DNA of 64,000 nt, taken from assembly GCA_016198125.1 (NCBI GenBank), contig JACQJG010000018.1:2843-66842 (forward strand), written 5' to 3'. This DNA comes from Candidatus Iainarchaeum sp. GTDB taxonomy: Archaea; Iainarchaeota; Iainarchaeia; Iainarchaeales; VGJJ01. The notes under the pieces were generated by a model. That model was not told the DNA's origin and did not search any database. It worked only from the letters and a program-made list of their open reading frames with translations. Shown here one piece after another: positions 46,769 through 56,320 of the stretch; the stretch's first letter is position 1, and every line of letters starts with the position of its first letter. Position numbers and translations under genes: made by a program.

Positions 46769-47155
46769 TTATGGGTGTTTGTATTTCATGCGCGTGCCTG
46801 GCTTGTTTGCAGGCCCGTAGGGGTGCATGCGATTACGGATTTTTGTGGTGCGCATGCGTTTTCTTCCCAGGCCTGGGATGAGCGTGGGCATATGGGTTCC
46901 AACCAAATTGCCGTGCTTGTCTATGTACACAAACGTGAACTGTTCCAGGAACGTTTTCAGCTTTTTATTGCGCCGTGATTCCTCTCCCAAGGCCTTTCCC
47001 ACGTCAATGGTGTGGGACTTGATTTTTTTGAGAATTCCTCTATACGTTGCCGGGTATTGGGCGCTGAGCGCGCGGTTCTTGCGCATGTCCAATAAGTAGG
47101 TTATGCGCTTGTGCGATTCCGCGTTCAGCTTTTCCGGGTATTTGGGTCGTGCCAT
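46769..47155 (-). CDS. Hypothetical basic protein (128 aa)
   Basis: ORF with an R/K-rich C-terminus (GRKRMRTTKIRNRMHPYGP). It could be a small RNA-binding or ribosomal-type protein, but no family could be assigned. Confidence 0.4.
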   Translation of the reverse strand: MARPKYPEKLNAESHKRITYLLDMRKNRALSAQYPATYRGILKKIKSHTIDVGKALGEESRRNKKLKTFLEQFTFVYIDKHGNLVGTHMPTLIPGLGRKRMRTTKIRNRMHPYGPANKPGTRMKYKHP

Positions 47156-47210
47156 GGTAAGTCAGGGAATTGGAAGGAGTTGGGTCTTTAAATGTTTTTT
47201 GCATGGTTGC

Positions 47211-47471
47211 CTATAAAAGGTCCATGCGTTCCACTTCAACTTGTTCCACGCCTTGCACGCGTTTAAGTGCCATAGTAAGCCTTTCAATGGCCCCAGCGTC
47301 CTTGTCTTCTATTACATAGGCTGCTTTTACAATGCTGGCTCCAAATCCAATGGGAACCAGCTGGCAGTCTTTGAATCCTTCCAATGCCAGGCCTTTAACA
47401 CTTTCCATGATTTTAGGGGATTCTTCCACGTCCACAGGGCTGATGCGAAATACGACCAATGCTTTTCCCAT
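47211..47471 (-). CDS. ef1b: Translation elongation factor aEF-1 beta
   Basis: 86 aa: VVFRISPVD...PIGFGASIVKAAYVIEDKDAGA...VEVERMD matches the aEF1B fold. Confidence 0.8.
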   Translation of the reverse strand: MGKALVVFRISPVDVEESPKIMESVKGLALEGFKDCQLVPIGFGASIVKAAYVIEDKDAGAIERLTMALKRVQGVEQVEVERMDLL

Positions 47472-47487
47472 GTCTTAAAACCCCTGT

Positions 47488-47643
47488 TTATGGACCTGTA
47501 AACCCGCATTCCGGGCATGTATAGGTTTTCGCGGTTTGCCGGCAGTGCTTGCACCGTAAAATGGTGTGCTTGGCGCACTTGGGGCACTTGAATTCCACGA
47601 AGTCTTTTAACACGAGCGTATTGCAACTTGAACAAACCGCCAT
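47488..47643 (-). CDS. Zn-ribbon protein (COG2888-like), usually found next to aEF-1 beta
   Basis: 51-aa ORF MAVCSSCNTLVLKDFVEFKCPKCAKHTILRCKHCRQTAKTYTCPECGFTGP with four CxxC pairs. It is too short for the ORF track. Confidence 0.6.
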   Translation of the reverse strand: MAVCSSCNTLVLKDFVEFKCPKCAKHTILRCKHCRQTAKTYTCPECGFTGP

Positions 47644-47717
47644 TTCATTCAAACTCCTTTTTTTTGGCTTTAAAGTACGTACTTTTAATAGGTGCTTGGT
47701 TTAAAAACGTTTATAAT

Positions 47718-47792
47718 GGCCCCGTAGCTTAGTCTGGATAGAGTGTCGGGCTTCGGACCCGAAGGTCGGGGGTTCAAATCCCTCCGGGGTCG
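47718..47792 (+). tRNA. tRNA-Arg (anticodon UCG)
   Basis: GGCCCCG...UCGGG-CUUCGGA-CCCGA...GGGGG-UUCAAAU-CCCUC-CGGGGUC-G. Acceptor and T arms with GGUUCAAAUCC. Confidence 0.8.
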
Positions 47793-47799
47793 CTAGAAT

Positions 47800-48408
47800 A
47801 TGAGCAATATCGAAGAAAGTACCCGTCAATCGGCCAAAGAAGAAGCTGTCAAGCTTGCGTTAACGCGCGGAATGGCCCTCATCCGAAGAGATTTGGAAAT
47901 TCATGGAATGTTTGCCAATGGAGAAACCCGGTTTATCAGCCGATCAACCGATTATGATTCCCTATGGAAGGATGCATTGAACGTCCTCCAAAAGGGAAAT
48001 GAGAATCAAAAAATGAAAAAGAACGTCCTTTCCATTGAAATCAAAGCCCCGGTCGAAGCCGTCTTTGAGTTCACACGCAATCCCAACAATTCCCCAAAAT
48101 GGGTCCCCAATATTCTGGAGGAAAAGATTGACACGCCCAGCACAGAAATTGGAACGATTTACCGGCAAAAAATAAAAGAGGGGGGTAAAGTCAGGGACTC
48201 CGCCATTGTAGTTACAGGGTACGTGGAAAACGAGCGGTTGGACTTTCACGCGGTGAACGGGGCGTATTCATGTTCATATATGTATCAGAAGACGCCAAGT
48301 GGGACGCGGTTAACTTATTCCGAAGAGAATGGGGTGGATGGCGAAATTGATGGGCCGTTTTCCATGGCAATTTTAGAAAAACTCAAACAATTAATAGAAG
48401 AAGGCTAA
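47800..48408 (+). CDS. SRPBCC (Bet v1-like/polyketide cyclase) domain protein
   Basis: 202 aa. The C-terminal half has the SRPBCC-like pattern (IKAPVEAVFEFTRNPNNSPKWVPNI...). Confidence 0.45.
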   Translation: MSNIEESTRQSAKEEAVKLALTRGMALIRRDLEIHGMFANGETRFISRSTDYDSLWKDALNVLQKGNENQKMKKNVLSIEIKAPVEAVFEFTRNPNNSPKWVPNILEEKIDTPSTEIGTIYRQKIKEGGKVRDSAIVVTGYVENERLDFHAVNGAYSCSYMYQKTPSGTRLTYSEENGVDGEIDGPFSMAILEKLKQLIEEG

Positions 48409-48474
48409 TGTTCGATATATGTATATATCCCGTCACTTAACAAAAAATAAGCAGCAATTCTGTGGGGGTTGTGA

Positions 48475-49122
48475 ATGAAAGGAAAGCCAAAACCATTGCG
48501 AAAGGCCTTTGCGCGGTTGAGGAATCAACTGGTGCGCGCCACTCGCATGCCCATGCACCCGCGCCTTGTCGTGCGGGAAAAAGTCCCGGTCAGATTCGGT
48601 GTTGAGACTACCCTTGGCCAGTCAGAATTCAAGATGAAGGGAAACAAGCCCAGGAGCCGGGTTTACTTGAAAAAAGGGCTTTCGCACGAAAAAGGAAAAC
48701 AGGTGATGGTCCATGAATTGGGGCATCTTGTTCCAGATCATTCACTTAAGAAGGATTCAGGGGGAGCCACAGTCTTTTTTTCGGTGTGGGCTGAAATGGA
48801 ATATGCCAAACGCCACCAGCGGCCACGCTTTTTTGATTTTGTGATTGGAAACCCCTCTGCGCATATAGAGGCTGACGTGCTTATTTCCCTGCTATTTGAG
48901 CATTTTCCTACCGCCAAATCGCGGAATAAAGTCATGCGCGCCCTTTTGCGCGAACACAAGCCCCAATCGATATTTGATGTTTACCATTTTCTTTGGACGA
49001 AAGGCCTTCGCTTTGGAGGAATAGACGCCCAATCTCCGCTTACCATCGGAAAATTCGTTGAGGTTTACGAGAAACTTTCTCGCATCCGGTCTGAGCAATG
49101 GCATGGCCGGGGATTGCTATGA
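48475..49122 (+). CDS. HExxH-motif protein (putative zinc metallopeptidase, ImmA/IrrE-like)
   Basis: QVMVHELGHLVPDH carries an HExxH motif. Confidence 0.45.
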   Translation: MKGKPKPLRKAFARLRNQLVRATRMPMHPRLVVREKVPVRFGVETTLGQSEFKMKGNKPRSRVYLKKGLSHEKGKQVMVHELGHLVPDHSLKKDSGGATVFFSVWAEMEYAKRHQRPRFFDFVIGNPSAHIEADVLISLLFEHFPTAKSRNKVMRALLREHKPQSIFDVYHFLWTKGLRFGGIDAQSPLTIGKFVEVYEKLSRIRSEQWHGRGLL

Positions 49123-49130
49123 AACCCTTT

Positions 49131-49550
49131 TCATCTCAACGGGTTCACTGCTTTGATTCCCGGGATTCGTTCAAAGTCCTTTGTGTTTTCCGTGTAAATG
49201 GTTTGGATTCCATTTCGTTGGGCAGTCATGCTTAACAAAGTGTCATAAAAATCGTGCTCTTTTTCAACATTCAGGTATACGGCCTTTTGTACATCTGACA
49301 CTGTATCTATTATTATTTCTTGAAATAGGTGTGCGAATAAGAAAACATATTCATTGATTTCTGAGATTGGAAGTATTGATTTTTTGTGCATTACATTGGC
49401 AAATTCTCGTATGTTTTGAAGTGCGATAGTAAAAAAATAAGGATTTTCTTGGGCTAATTTCATAAGTTTTCGTGATTTTTCATGCTTTTCAACTTCCTTG
49501 GCGCTGGCATAGTATACGAGTATGTTGGTGTCTATGAGTGCTTTTTCCAT
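49131..49550 (-). CDS. vapC: PIN-domain ribonuclease (VapC-like toxin)
   Basis: ALIDTNILVYY (N-terminal Asp), conserved acidic residues (FFTIALQNIREF, DTLLSMTAQRNG) and YTENTKDFERI. Confidence 0.7.
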   Translation of the reverse strand: MEKALIDTNILVYYASAKEVEKHEKSRKLMKLAQENPYFFTIALQNIREFANVMHKKSILPISEINEYVFLFAHLFQEIIIDTVSDVQKAVYLNVEKEHDFYDTLLSMTAQRNGIQTIYTENTKDFERIPGIKAVNPLR

Positions 49551-49563
49551 TCAATCCCTCCAG

Positions 49564-49869
49564 TTATTCAGAATTTGAATCGTTGACCTGTTTCATGAGC
49601 CGCTCAAAACGTTTACCTGTATAAGCGTCTTCCCGTTTGAATGTTCCAATCCCCAAGTCCTGATGCCTGTCTGACAGTTCCCATGCCCGCTTCCATGCCA
49701 TTCTTCGTTTTGCTTCTTTTGCAAGCAAATCCAATGCCTCTTCCACAGTCTCTGATAGCGCGCCTTTTTTCCCGCCTTTGAGTTCCTTGGCGAGGCGCCT
49801 GAGCTTTTGCTCGGTTTCAGTCTTCAATGAAAGCAAAATTTGACCCATGCAATACATATGGTTGTCCAT
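49564..49869 (-). CDS. Putative antitoxin (VapB-like) upstream of vapC
   Basis: 101-aa ORF directly upstream of the PIN gene on the same strand, with a charged helical character. Confidence 0.4.
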   Translation of the reverse strand: MDNHMYCMGQILLSLKTETEQKLRRLAKELKGGKKGALSETVEEALDLLAKEAKRRMAWKRAWELSDRHQDLGIGTFKREDAYTGKRFERLMKQVNDSNSE

Positions 49870-49916
49870 ATATATATCTTTTGGGGCTGAAAGTGCCAGT
49901 GAAAAGCAAGGGGGAT

Positions 49917-51233
49917 TTAAATGAATTTTTTTTCTCGTAGTATTTTTTCCAGCGTTTCCTTTCCTTTTTCTTTCAACTCGTATTGCACGTGCAGAACAGG
50001 TTTGTTTGTTTTGAGTACAAAGTTTAAGTCAATGGGCGTGCCTGTGACAACGTAGTCGCATGGCGTGGCGTTGATGGTTTGCTCGAGTTCGCGTATTTGC
50101 TGTTTTGAATACCCCATGGCTGGCAACACGTGTTCCAGGTGCGGGTATTTTTCAAATGTTTCCTTGATGCTTCCCACTGCATGTGTTTTTGGGTTCACAA
50201 TGTGCGCGCCTTCTTGTAGTGCGAGTTTGTATCCTGCCCCAAAACCCATGCCCCCGTGTGTTACGGTGGGCCCGTCTTCAACCACGAGCACTTTTTTTCC
50301 GCGCAAGTCTCTTACAGGTTTTAGGGAAAGCATGGAATCCGCATGCACAAGGAGTGCGCGCGGGTTCAGTTTTTTTGCGTTTTCTTCAACCGTTTTTATT
50401 TCTTGGAGGGTGGCACTGTTTTCCTTGTTGATTATTATGACATCGGCCATGCGGAAATTGGTTTCCCCGGGGTGGTAAAGCAATTCATGCCCTGCGCGCA
50501 AAGGGTCTGCCACTACAAAAAGCAGGTCCGGTTGGTAGAAGGGGTAATCGTTGTTGCCTCCGTCCCATAGAATAACGTTTGATTCTTTTTCTGCTTGGCG
50601 GAGTATTTTTTCGTAGTCCACTCCCGCGTATACAAGTATTCCTTGGCGTATGGGTTCCTCGTATTCTTCTCTTTCTTCAATGGTGGTTTTGTACGTGATG
50701 AGGTCTTCCAGTTTTGAGAAGCGTTCCACTTCCTGTTCTTCCAGGTTTCCATAGGGCATGGGGTGCCGTATGAGTGCCACGCGTTTTCCGTGTCTTTGCA
50801 GGATTTCGGCTATTTTTCGCGTGGTTTGGCTTTTTCCTGCTCCGGTACGTACTGCGCACACGGCAATGACTTTCTTTTTGGATTTTATCATAGTGGCTTG
50901 CGGGCCTAACAGGCGGAAATTGGCTCCGCTTGCAAGCGTCCTGGACGCAAGGTGCATGACTTGCTCGTGGCTTACATCCGAGTAAGAGAACACCACGTCA
51001 TCTGCGTGGAATTTTTTTATGAGTTTTTCAAGGGCTTCTTCCGGGTAGATGGGGATTCCTTTTTTGTACTGTTTTCCGGCGAGGCGTGCAGGGTACCTGC
51101 GCCGTTCAATGCCTGGTATTTGGGTGGCGGTAAAGCATGCTACCTTGTAATAGGGGTTGTTTCGGAAGTACGTGTTGAAGTTGTGGAAGTCTCTTCCCGC
51201 GGCGCCTACAATGATAACAATGCGTGGTTTCAT
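49917..51233 (-). CDS. P-loop NTPase of the cyclic 2,3-diphosphoglycerate synthetase-like (COG2403) family
   Basis: N-terminal IVIIVGAAGRDFHNFN and a central P-loop AVCAVRTGAGKSQT. The 438-aa size matches archaeal cDPGS-like proteins. Confidence 0.5.
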   Translation of the reverse strand: MKPRIVIIVGAAGRDFHNFNTYFRNNPYYKVACFTATQIPGIERRRYPARLAGKQYKKGIPIYPEEALEKLIKKFHADDVVFSYSDVSHEQVMHLASRTLASGANFRLLGPQATMIKSKKKVIAVCAVRTGAGKSQTTRKIAEILQRHGKRVALIRHPMPYGNLEEQEVERFSKLEDLITYKTTIEEREEYEEPIRQGILVYAGVDYEKILRQAEKESNVILWDGGNNDYPFYQPDLLFVVADPLRAGHELLYHPGETNFRMADVIIINKENSATLQEIKTVEENAKKLNPRALLVHADSMLSLKPVRDLRGKKVLVVEDGPTVTHGGMGFGAGYKLALQEGAHIVNPKTHAVGSIKETFEKYPHLEHVLPAMGYSKQQIRELEQTINATPCDYVVTGTPIDLNFVLKTNKPVLHVQYELKEKGKETLEKILREKKFI

Positions 51234-51814
51234 GGGTTTCTCCTTGGGGGTTGTTTGCGCAGGGTTTCGATGAGCTTCTCCACTTTGCTGTGCTGTCTTT
51301 CATGTTGTTTGATTCTTTTTTCCACGTGGCGCAGCATGGCTTTTCTTAAGTGGTTGAACGTGTGCACAAAAACGTGTGTAAGCGGCTTTCCCAGTGTGTA
51401 AACCAGTTCGTCTGTCAAATCTTTCTGGGCTTTTTCAATGAGGCTTCTCGCAAGCAAGCGGTCTTCCAAGGCATCAAATTCCTGGAGTATTTCCATGGCG
51501 CGTTTTCTTTTGCGCAAAGGCAAAAGGACAACGCGGGATGCGCGTTCAGCCGCAGTCCAAAGGATTTTTTCGTCTATTCTGGTTAAGATGCGGTTCAAGT
51601 TGTTTTTGAGTCTTTGTCTTTCTGCAGGGCTCAATTCTTTTTGGGCCGCGGCTTCAGCCGTGGAGTGATAAACGTTCAAATCTTCTTCCACCAAGCGGTC
51701 CATTTGTGCGTTGGACGGTCTTTTTGCTGATACCAGTGCCCTTTTTGTTCGCAGGGAAAAAAGCATGGCGCGTTTTTTTGCATGCTTGATTTTTCGGTAA
51801 AGGGGCACGCGCAT
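51230..51814 (-). CDS. Hypothetical helical protein downstream of cca
   Basis: Start chosen at MRVPLYRK (cat 51812-51814), which overlaps the cca stop. The longer ORF to 51916 would overlap cca. Confidence 0.4.
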   Translation of the reverse strand: MRVPLYRKIKHAKKRAMLFSLRTKRALVSAKRPSNAQMDRLVEEDLNVYHSTAEAAAQKELSPAERQRLKNNLNRILTRIDEKILWTAAERASRVVLLPLRKRKRAMEILQEFDALEDRLLARSLIEKAQKDLTDELVYTLGKPLTHVFVHTFNHLRKAMLRHVEKRIKQHERQHSKVEKLIETLRKQPPRRNP

Positions 51815-51815
51815 A

Positions 51816-53210
51816 TTAGTACTCCAGGAATTTTTCTTTTCCGTCCAGGTAGTGGGTGAAAAAGGGCTGGAAGGCCTTGCTTTTTTTGTACAGTCTTTGG
51901 AGCGCGGGTTCATCAAGTATTCTTGCGTGTTGGAGGGCTTTTTTCATTTCCGGTTTCTCGGTTGCTTTGAGCGCGGGCAGGTAGTGTTCCATGAACGTGC
52001 GTGCGTGGGTGTGAGCCCGTGGGGTTTCAATGACCCACCGCCCTTCTTCGATGCGCGGTCCCCCAAGGGGTTTTTTGTGGGCGTTTAAAAAGCGTTGGGT
52101 GCTTGCAGGGTCTGTTACAAAGGGGCCTTTGCGAATGCGGGTTTTTTCCAGTTCAAGGCTTTCAAGTTCAAATAAAAGGACAATCATTTTTTTTTCGTCA
52201 GTCCATTCTGCGTTGCGCACCGGCCTGAAATCGTTTTGTTCAAGGGCCGTGCGTATTTTTTTTCCCATGCGCCTGGTTTGCCCCCATACAATGTCGGGCA
52301 GTACATTTTTCGGGTATTGCAATTGCAGGGCAATGAGTTCTTTTGTGTTAAGGGCGTTTTGCACGCGTCGTAGAGGCCATGGTTTTTCTTTTTTTCCGAA
52401 GAAGAATGCCTTGCTTGGTTTTTTCATGAATGCGTGCGCTGCGGCAATCATGCGGCAGTACTGGTTGAATGACAATGCCGCTGCCACGTTTCTATTGGCA
52501 TCGGTGGGGTCTACAATGACAAGGGGTGCGTTGAATTTTTTTAAGGCTTCTCCCGGATTCTTGTAGTGGTTTTTAATGTCAATGCATTCCTGCATGCGCC
52601 ACGCGCGCATGCCCTCTAACAATGCGTTAAAGCTTCCATAGTGGATGATGAGCAGTTCCGTGGCATACCCTGGGAGTGAGTTGAATTTGGTGTCAGCCCC
52701 GTACGCGTTTATTCCTTTCAGGAATTGCTTGAATAACCGTACTTCATCGCATTTTTTTGAATTTAACGCGCCCAAGAGGTATTGCACGTGCAAGGGGCTG
52801 CGGTCCACGGCTGATTTTAACTCGTTCGCGTTTTCAACGTGGTAGCTTGGAACGATTTCCACTTCATACCCTTGAATGATTCCCCGCACATAGGGGTGTT
52901 CAGAGTACGCGATTTCGTATTTATTCTTTGCAAATATTTTTTTTCCAAGTTGGAGGCCCTCTTTTTCAAATGCGCTCCGTTCCAGGTTTTTAGGATACAA
53001 TACGAACAGGTCGATGTCCCGGTCGTTTTTGAGGTGGGTGTTGCGTGCCAGGCTTCCTGCAAGCACAGTATGAATGTGGGGTCCTTTGGTTTTGCGTATT
53101 TGGTCCAAGAGGGCGTTTGCAAACGCCAATTCGCTTTCCACTTCTCTTTCCGAGGGTTTTATTTTTTCAAGGACTTGCACGTAAAGGTCTTGTAATTTTG
53201 CATGCGGCAT
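51816..53210 (-). CDS. cca: tRNA CCA-adding enzyme (archaeal class I nucleotidyltransferase)
   Basis: Nucleotidyltransferase motif LAGSLARNTHLKNDRDIDLFVLYP, and the archaeal CCA-enzyme architecture at 464 aa. Confidence 0.85.
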   Translation of the reverse strand: MPHAKLQDLYVQVLEKIKPSEREVESELAFANALLDQIRKTKGPHIHTVLAGSLARNTHLKNDRDIDLFVLYPKNLERSAFEKEGLQLGKKIFAKNKYEIAYSEHPYVRGIIQGYEVEIVPSYHVENANELKSAVDRSPLHVQYLLGALNSKKCDEVRLFKQFLKGINAYGADTKFNSLPGYATELLIIHYGSFNALLEGMRAWRMQECIDIKNHYKNPGEALKKFNAPLVIVDPTDANRNVAAALSFNQYCRMIAAAHAFMKKPSKAFFFGKKEKPWPLRRVQNALNTKELIALQLQYPKNVLPDIVWGQTRRMGKKIRTALEQNDFRPVRNAEWTDEKKMIVLLFELESLELEKTRIRKGPFVTDPASTQRFLNAHKKPLGGPRIEEGRWVIETPRAHTHARTFMEHYLPALKATEKPEMKKALQHARILDEPALQRLYKKSKAFQPFFTHYLDGKEKFLEY

Positions 53211-53272
53211 GGAAAAATCCTATGCATTAACATAACACATAAATATATTGTTATTGTAATGGCACGTGGGCG

Positions 53273-54862
53273 TTGGCATTGGTTGAATTTGATTTTAATC
53301 GCAAGGGTCCAAAGTTGGAAGCGTATGGGAATGTTTCTGTTTTCAAGGGCATTCCGCATAACTTTTATGAGATATCGTTTCCGGTTTGGGAGGATAACGA
53401 GAAGCGTTTGGGGGAATTGCTGGTTAAAGTCCTGTTGGGCAGAATGTCGTTGGTTGAATTTGGGCGTTCTCTTCCCCCCGGGGTTTCCGCGTCTTTTTCG
53501 GCTTTGATAGGGGGGCGCTTGGTTGGAGTCTTGGAGGCCCAGAATGGGGTGAACAGGATTCCTTCTCCGGAAGAATTTGAGTTATTTAAGCACGTTCTGA
53601 GCGATTTGATTAAAGCCCATGCGCCTTTTGTGCGGGACCCTGAAAAGTTTTCCGTTTTTGTGCTGGATTTTTCTTTGGGGTATGGACTGCTTGGAGAGCT
53701 TATGCGCGATGACGCGTTGGAAGAGATCATGGTGAACGGGTTTGAAAAGAACGTTTTTATCTATCATAAACGCCACGGGTTTTGCGTGTGCAATGCCATG
53801 TTCAGGAAAGCCGATCATGAATTGTTGAACCTTGTGAATCGCATTGCTTTTACCGCGGGCAGGCAATTTGGTCCTGACGAAGCCTTGTTGGACGCGCGCA
53901 TGCCGGATGGGAGCAGGGCCAATGCGACTTTTAATACAGTATCTCCTTTTGGGCATTCGTTGACCATTCGGAAATTCAACAAAGACTTTGTTTCAATTGT
54001 GGAAATGGTGCAGGGAAAAATGTTGTCTGCAGAGCTTGGCGCGTTTTTGTGGCTGATGGTGGAAGGCCTCCAGGTGGAGCCTATGAACATTATCATTGCA
54101 GGGGGCAGTGGTTCCGGTAAGACAACGCTTTTGAATGCCTTGGCTTCGTTTGTGCGTTACACGGAACGCATTGTTTCCATCGAAGATACACTGGAATTGC
54201 AGTTGGGCTTGCATGGGAACTGGGTGCAATTGGAAGCCCGGCCTGCAATTGGCGGGAACGGGAAAGGCGTTTCAATGGATGACTTGTTGAAGAACTCTTT
54301 GCGCATGCGTCCTGACAGGATTGTGGTGGGGGAAGTGCGGGGTCCTGAAGCCCAAACCCTTTTCATTGCCATGGATACTGGGCATAAAGGGTGCGCGGGG
54401 ACATTGCATGCGAATACTGCAAGGGAAATGATGATTCGCCTTACCTCAGAGCCCATGAATGTCCCGGAGCCTTTATTGCCCTTGTTGGATATCGTGGTAG
54501 TGCTTTCACGGTTTTACTCGCATGATCAGGGGGTCATTCGGCGTGTGCAACAGGTTGCCGAGGTAACGCGCATGGCGGATAAAGTGTTGTTGAGCAACTT
54601 GTTTGAACGCGATTCGGCCAAGGATGAATTGCGTAAGACAGACACCCCTTCCCACGTCATTCAGGTGTTGTCTGACCGTACGGGTAAATCCAAAAAGGAA
54701 TTGGCAAAAGAACTTTTGGTTCGCCAGCGCATTTTGGAGTGGATGTTGGACCAGAAGATCTTTGCGCCGCTGGAGTGCGAGAAGATCGTTCAAGAATATT
54801 ATGTAAATCCCACTGCGCTGCTGGAACAAATTTCAAGGGACTTGGGTTTTAACCTGGGTTAA
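53273..54862 (+). CDS. Type II/IV secretion-system ATPase (FlaI/VirB11/PilB family)
   Basis: Walker A IIAGGSGSGKTTLLNAL, a Walker B/Asp box IVSIEDTLEL, and a His box RIVVGEVRG...TLHAN. Confidence 0.75.
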   Translation: MALVEFDFNRKGPKLEAYGNVSVFKGIPHNFYEISFPVWEDNEKRLGELLVKVLLGRMSLVEFGRSLPPGVSASFSALIGGRLVGVLEAQNGVNRIPSPEEFELFKHVLSDLIKAHAPFVRDPEKFSVFVLDFSLGYGLLGELMRDDALEEIMVNGFEKNVFIYHKRHGFCVCNAMFRKADHELLNLVNRIAFTAGRQFGPDEALLDARMPDGSRANATFNTVSPFGHSLTIRKFNKDFVSIVEMVQGKMLSAELGAFLWLMVEGLQVEPMNIIIAGGSGSGKTTLLNALASFVRYTERIVSIEDTLELQLGLHGNWVQLEARPAIGGNGKGVSMDDLLKNSLRMRPDRIVVGEVRGPEAQTLFIAMDTGHKGCAGTLHANTAREMMIRLTSEPMNVPEPLLPLLDIVVVLSRFYSHDQGVIRRVQQVAEVTRMADKVLLSNLFERDSAKDELRKTDTPSHVIQVLSDRTGKSKKELAKELLVRQRILEWMLDQKIFAPLECEKIVQEYYVNPTALLEQISRDLGFNLG

Positions 54863-55449
54863 CATTCTGCAGGCAGTTCTTTGAATGGAATGAACGTGCA
54901 TTCCGCGTACGTGGACCCGGTAGGGGTGAGGGTGGATTCCATGAGGTTTATTCCTTTGGCTTGAAAGGCCTGATTGAATTCTTTTTCAGAGAGGCGTTCT
55001 ACGGTTTCTTTGAATGCCTTTTGGGCAAGGTGCCTGTTGCGTGCAAGGGTGAGGTGCGCGTGGAATTTCTTAACACGCAGGTTGAGTGCACGGCATGTGT
55101 TTTCGTGGAGGGCATGAAGTTCTTCTGTTCCTTGGCTTACGCCCATCCAGATTACGCGTGTGGAGAAAGCGCCCATGCCCTGAAGGGTAATGTTAAACGC
55201 CTGCGTTTCGCGTAAAACCTGCAGTTTTTTTATGATTCCAGGTACCTTTTTTCTTGGGATTTTTCCAAGGAATGCCAGGGTAATGTGGAATTGGCCTTTT
55301 TGAGGCCGCTTGAGGGCGAAGGGATCAAGTAAGGGCCCATACGTGTGTTCAATGCCCGCTTGTATGAGGGGCGGAGGGGTTATGGCAAGGAATGTGCGCA
55401 ACGTGTTTTGCTGGGTTAAAGGGGGCATGAAAGAGGGTTGGGCCACCAC
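54859..55449 (-). CDS. thpR: 2'-5' RNA ligase / RNA 2',3'-cyclic phosphodiesterase (LigT/ThpR, 2H family)
   Basis: Two H-x-T/S-x motifs, HITLAFLG and HAHLTLAR, in a ~190-aa protein. Confidence 0.75.
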   Translation of the reverse strand: MVAQPSFMPPLTQQNTLRTFLAITPPPLIQAGIEHTYGPLLDPFALKRPQKGQFHITLAFLGKIPRKKVPGIIKKLQVLRETQAFNITLQGMGAFSTRVIWMGVSQGTEELHALHENTCRALNLRVKKFHAHLTLARNRHLAQKAFKETVERLSEKEFNQAFQAKGINLMESTLTPTGSTYAECTFIPFKELPAEC

Positions 55450-56313
55450 CTCTTTTTAATCTTCTCGTGCAAGATTATATTGTTTTTTTGGGGTGAGTGT
55501 TTTTTGGTCGCAGGAAGGCTTTTCCTTGTTGTTGCGTGCATAGGCCTGTTTTTTTCCGGGTTTGCTTTTGCAGATATTTTTATGGTCAACCCAGTGAGTC
55601 AGCGCGTGGTTTCTGGAACAGAATTGGACGTGGGGGCTATTCAGCCAGGCCAGGAATTGGAATTGATTATCTCAAAGGACAGTTTTTATGGCAAGGCTTC
55701 CGGTTGGATTCAGGCGTTTGTGGTTCCAGAGAGTTTGCCCGCAGGTTGGGTGAAAAAGGATTCAGAGTTGCGTGGGGAAACCCTGATCGTGCGCGTTCTG
55801 CCTCCTTTGAATGCGCCTGAACAGGTATACGTGTTTGACGTTCGGGTTCTTAGCAGTTCGCCGGGGGTAGGAGATGAAAGGGTGCGCGTTTCTTTGGGCG
55901 TTCGCAGGGACTTGTTGAAGGCGGTAATGCCTGAACTCAAAAAGTCCACGTCCGTAGATGCCCCTGCGCAGTTTCCCTTGAACATTATCAACAATTCTGT
56001 TTCCCGTGAGCGCGTGTTCATTTCTTCCAATATTCCCCGTTCCTGGTTTAAGCCCTTGGAGGCTGAATTGGAATCCAATTCGCTGCGCGAACTTGAATTG
56101 GAAGTTTCTCCCAAAGTGCATGGGGTAAAGGACTTTGTTTTTACCGTTCAGCCTGCGTCCAATCCATCGGTTTCCCATGTTTTTAATGCAACGGTGGAGG
56201 TGCACCCGACCCTTAAGAACAAGTATTCTACTTCGTTGTATGCCTTTCCGTTTTACACCATTTCCATTCTTCCCTATTACCTGGTGAACTCTTTTTTGAG
56301 CCTCCTGTTGTGA
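55438..56313 (+). CDS. Secreted or membrane-anchored hypothetical protein
   Basis: An N-terminal hydrophobic region (LVVACIGLFFSGFAFA), then a beta-rich domain, then a C-terminal hydrophobic tail. Confidence 0.4.
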   Translation: MGHHLFLIFSCKIILFFWGECFLVAGRLFLVVACIGLFFSGFAFADIFMVNPVSQRVVSGTELDVGAIQPGQELELIISKDSFYGKASGWIQAFVVPESLPAGWVKKDSELRGETLIVRVLPPLNAPEQVYVFDVRVLSSSPGVGDERVRVSLGVRRDLLKAVMPELKKSTSVDAPAQFPLNIINNSVSRERVFISSNIPRSWFKPLEAELESNSLRELELEVSPKVHGVKDFVFTVQPASNPSVSHVFNATVEVHPTLKNKYSTSLYAFPFYTISILPYYLVNSFLSLLL

Positions 56314-56320
56314 GGTTTTC

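Noticed and set aside
47700-47717. tttataat immediately upstream of tRNA-Arg as its TATA box
   Set aside because: It lies at -1 to -8 relative to the predicted mature 5' end, too close for an archaeal TATA box centred at about -26 unless the tRNA has a leader. Left uncalled.
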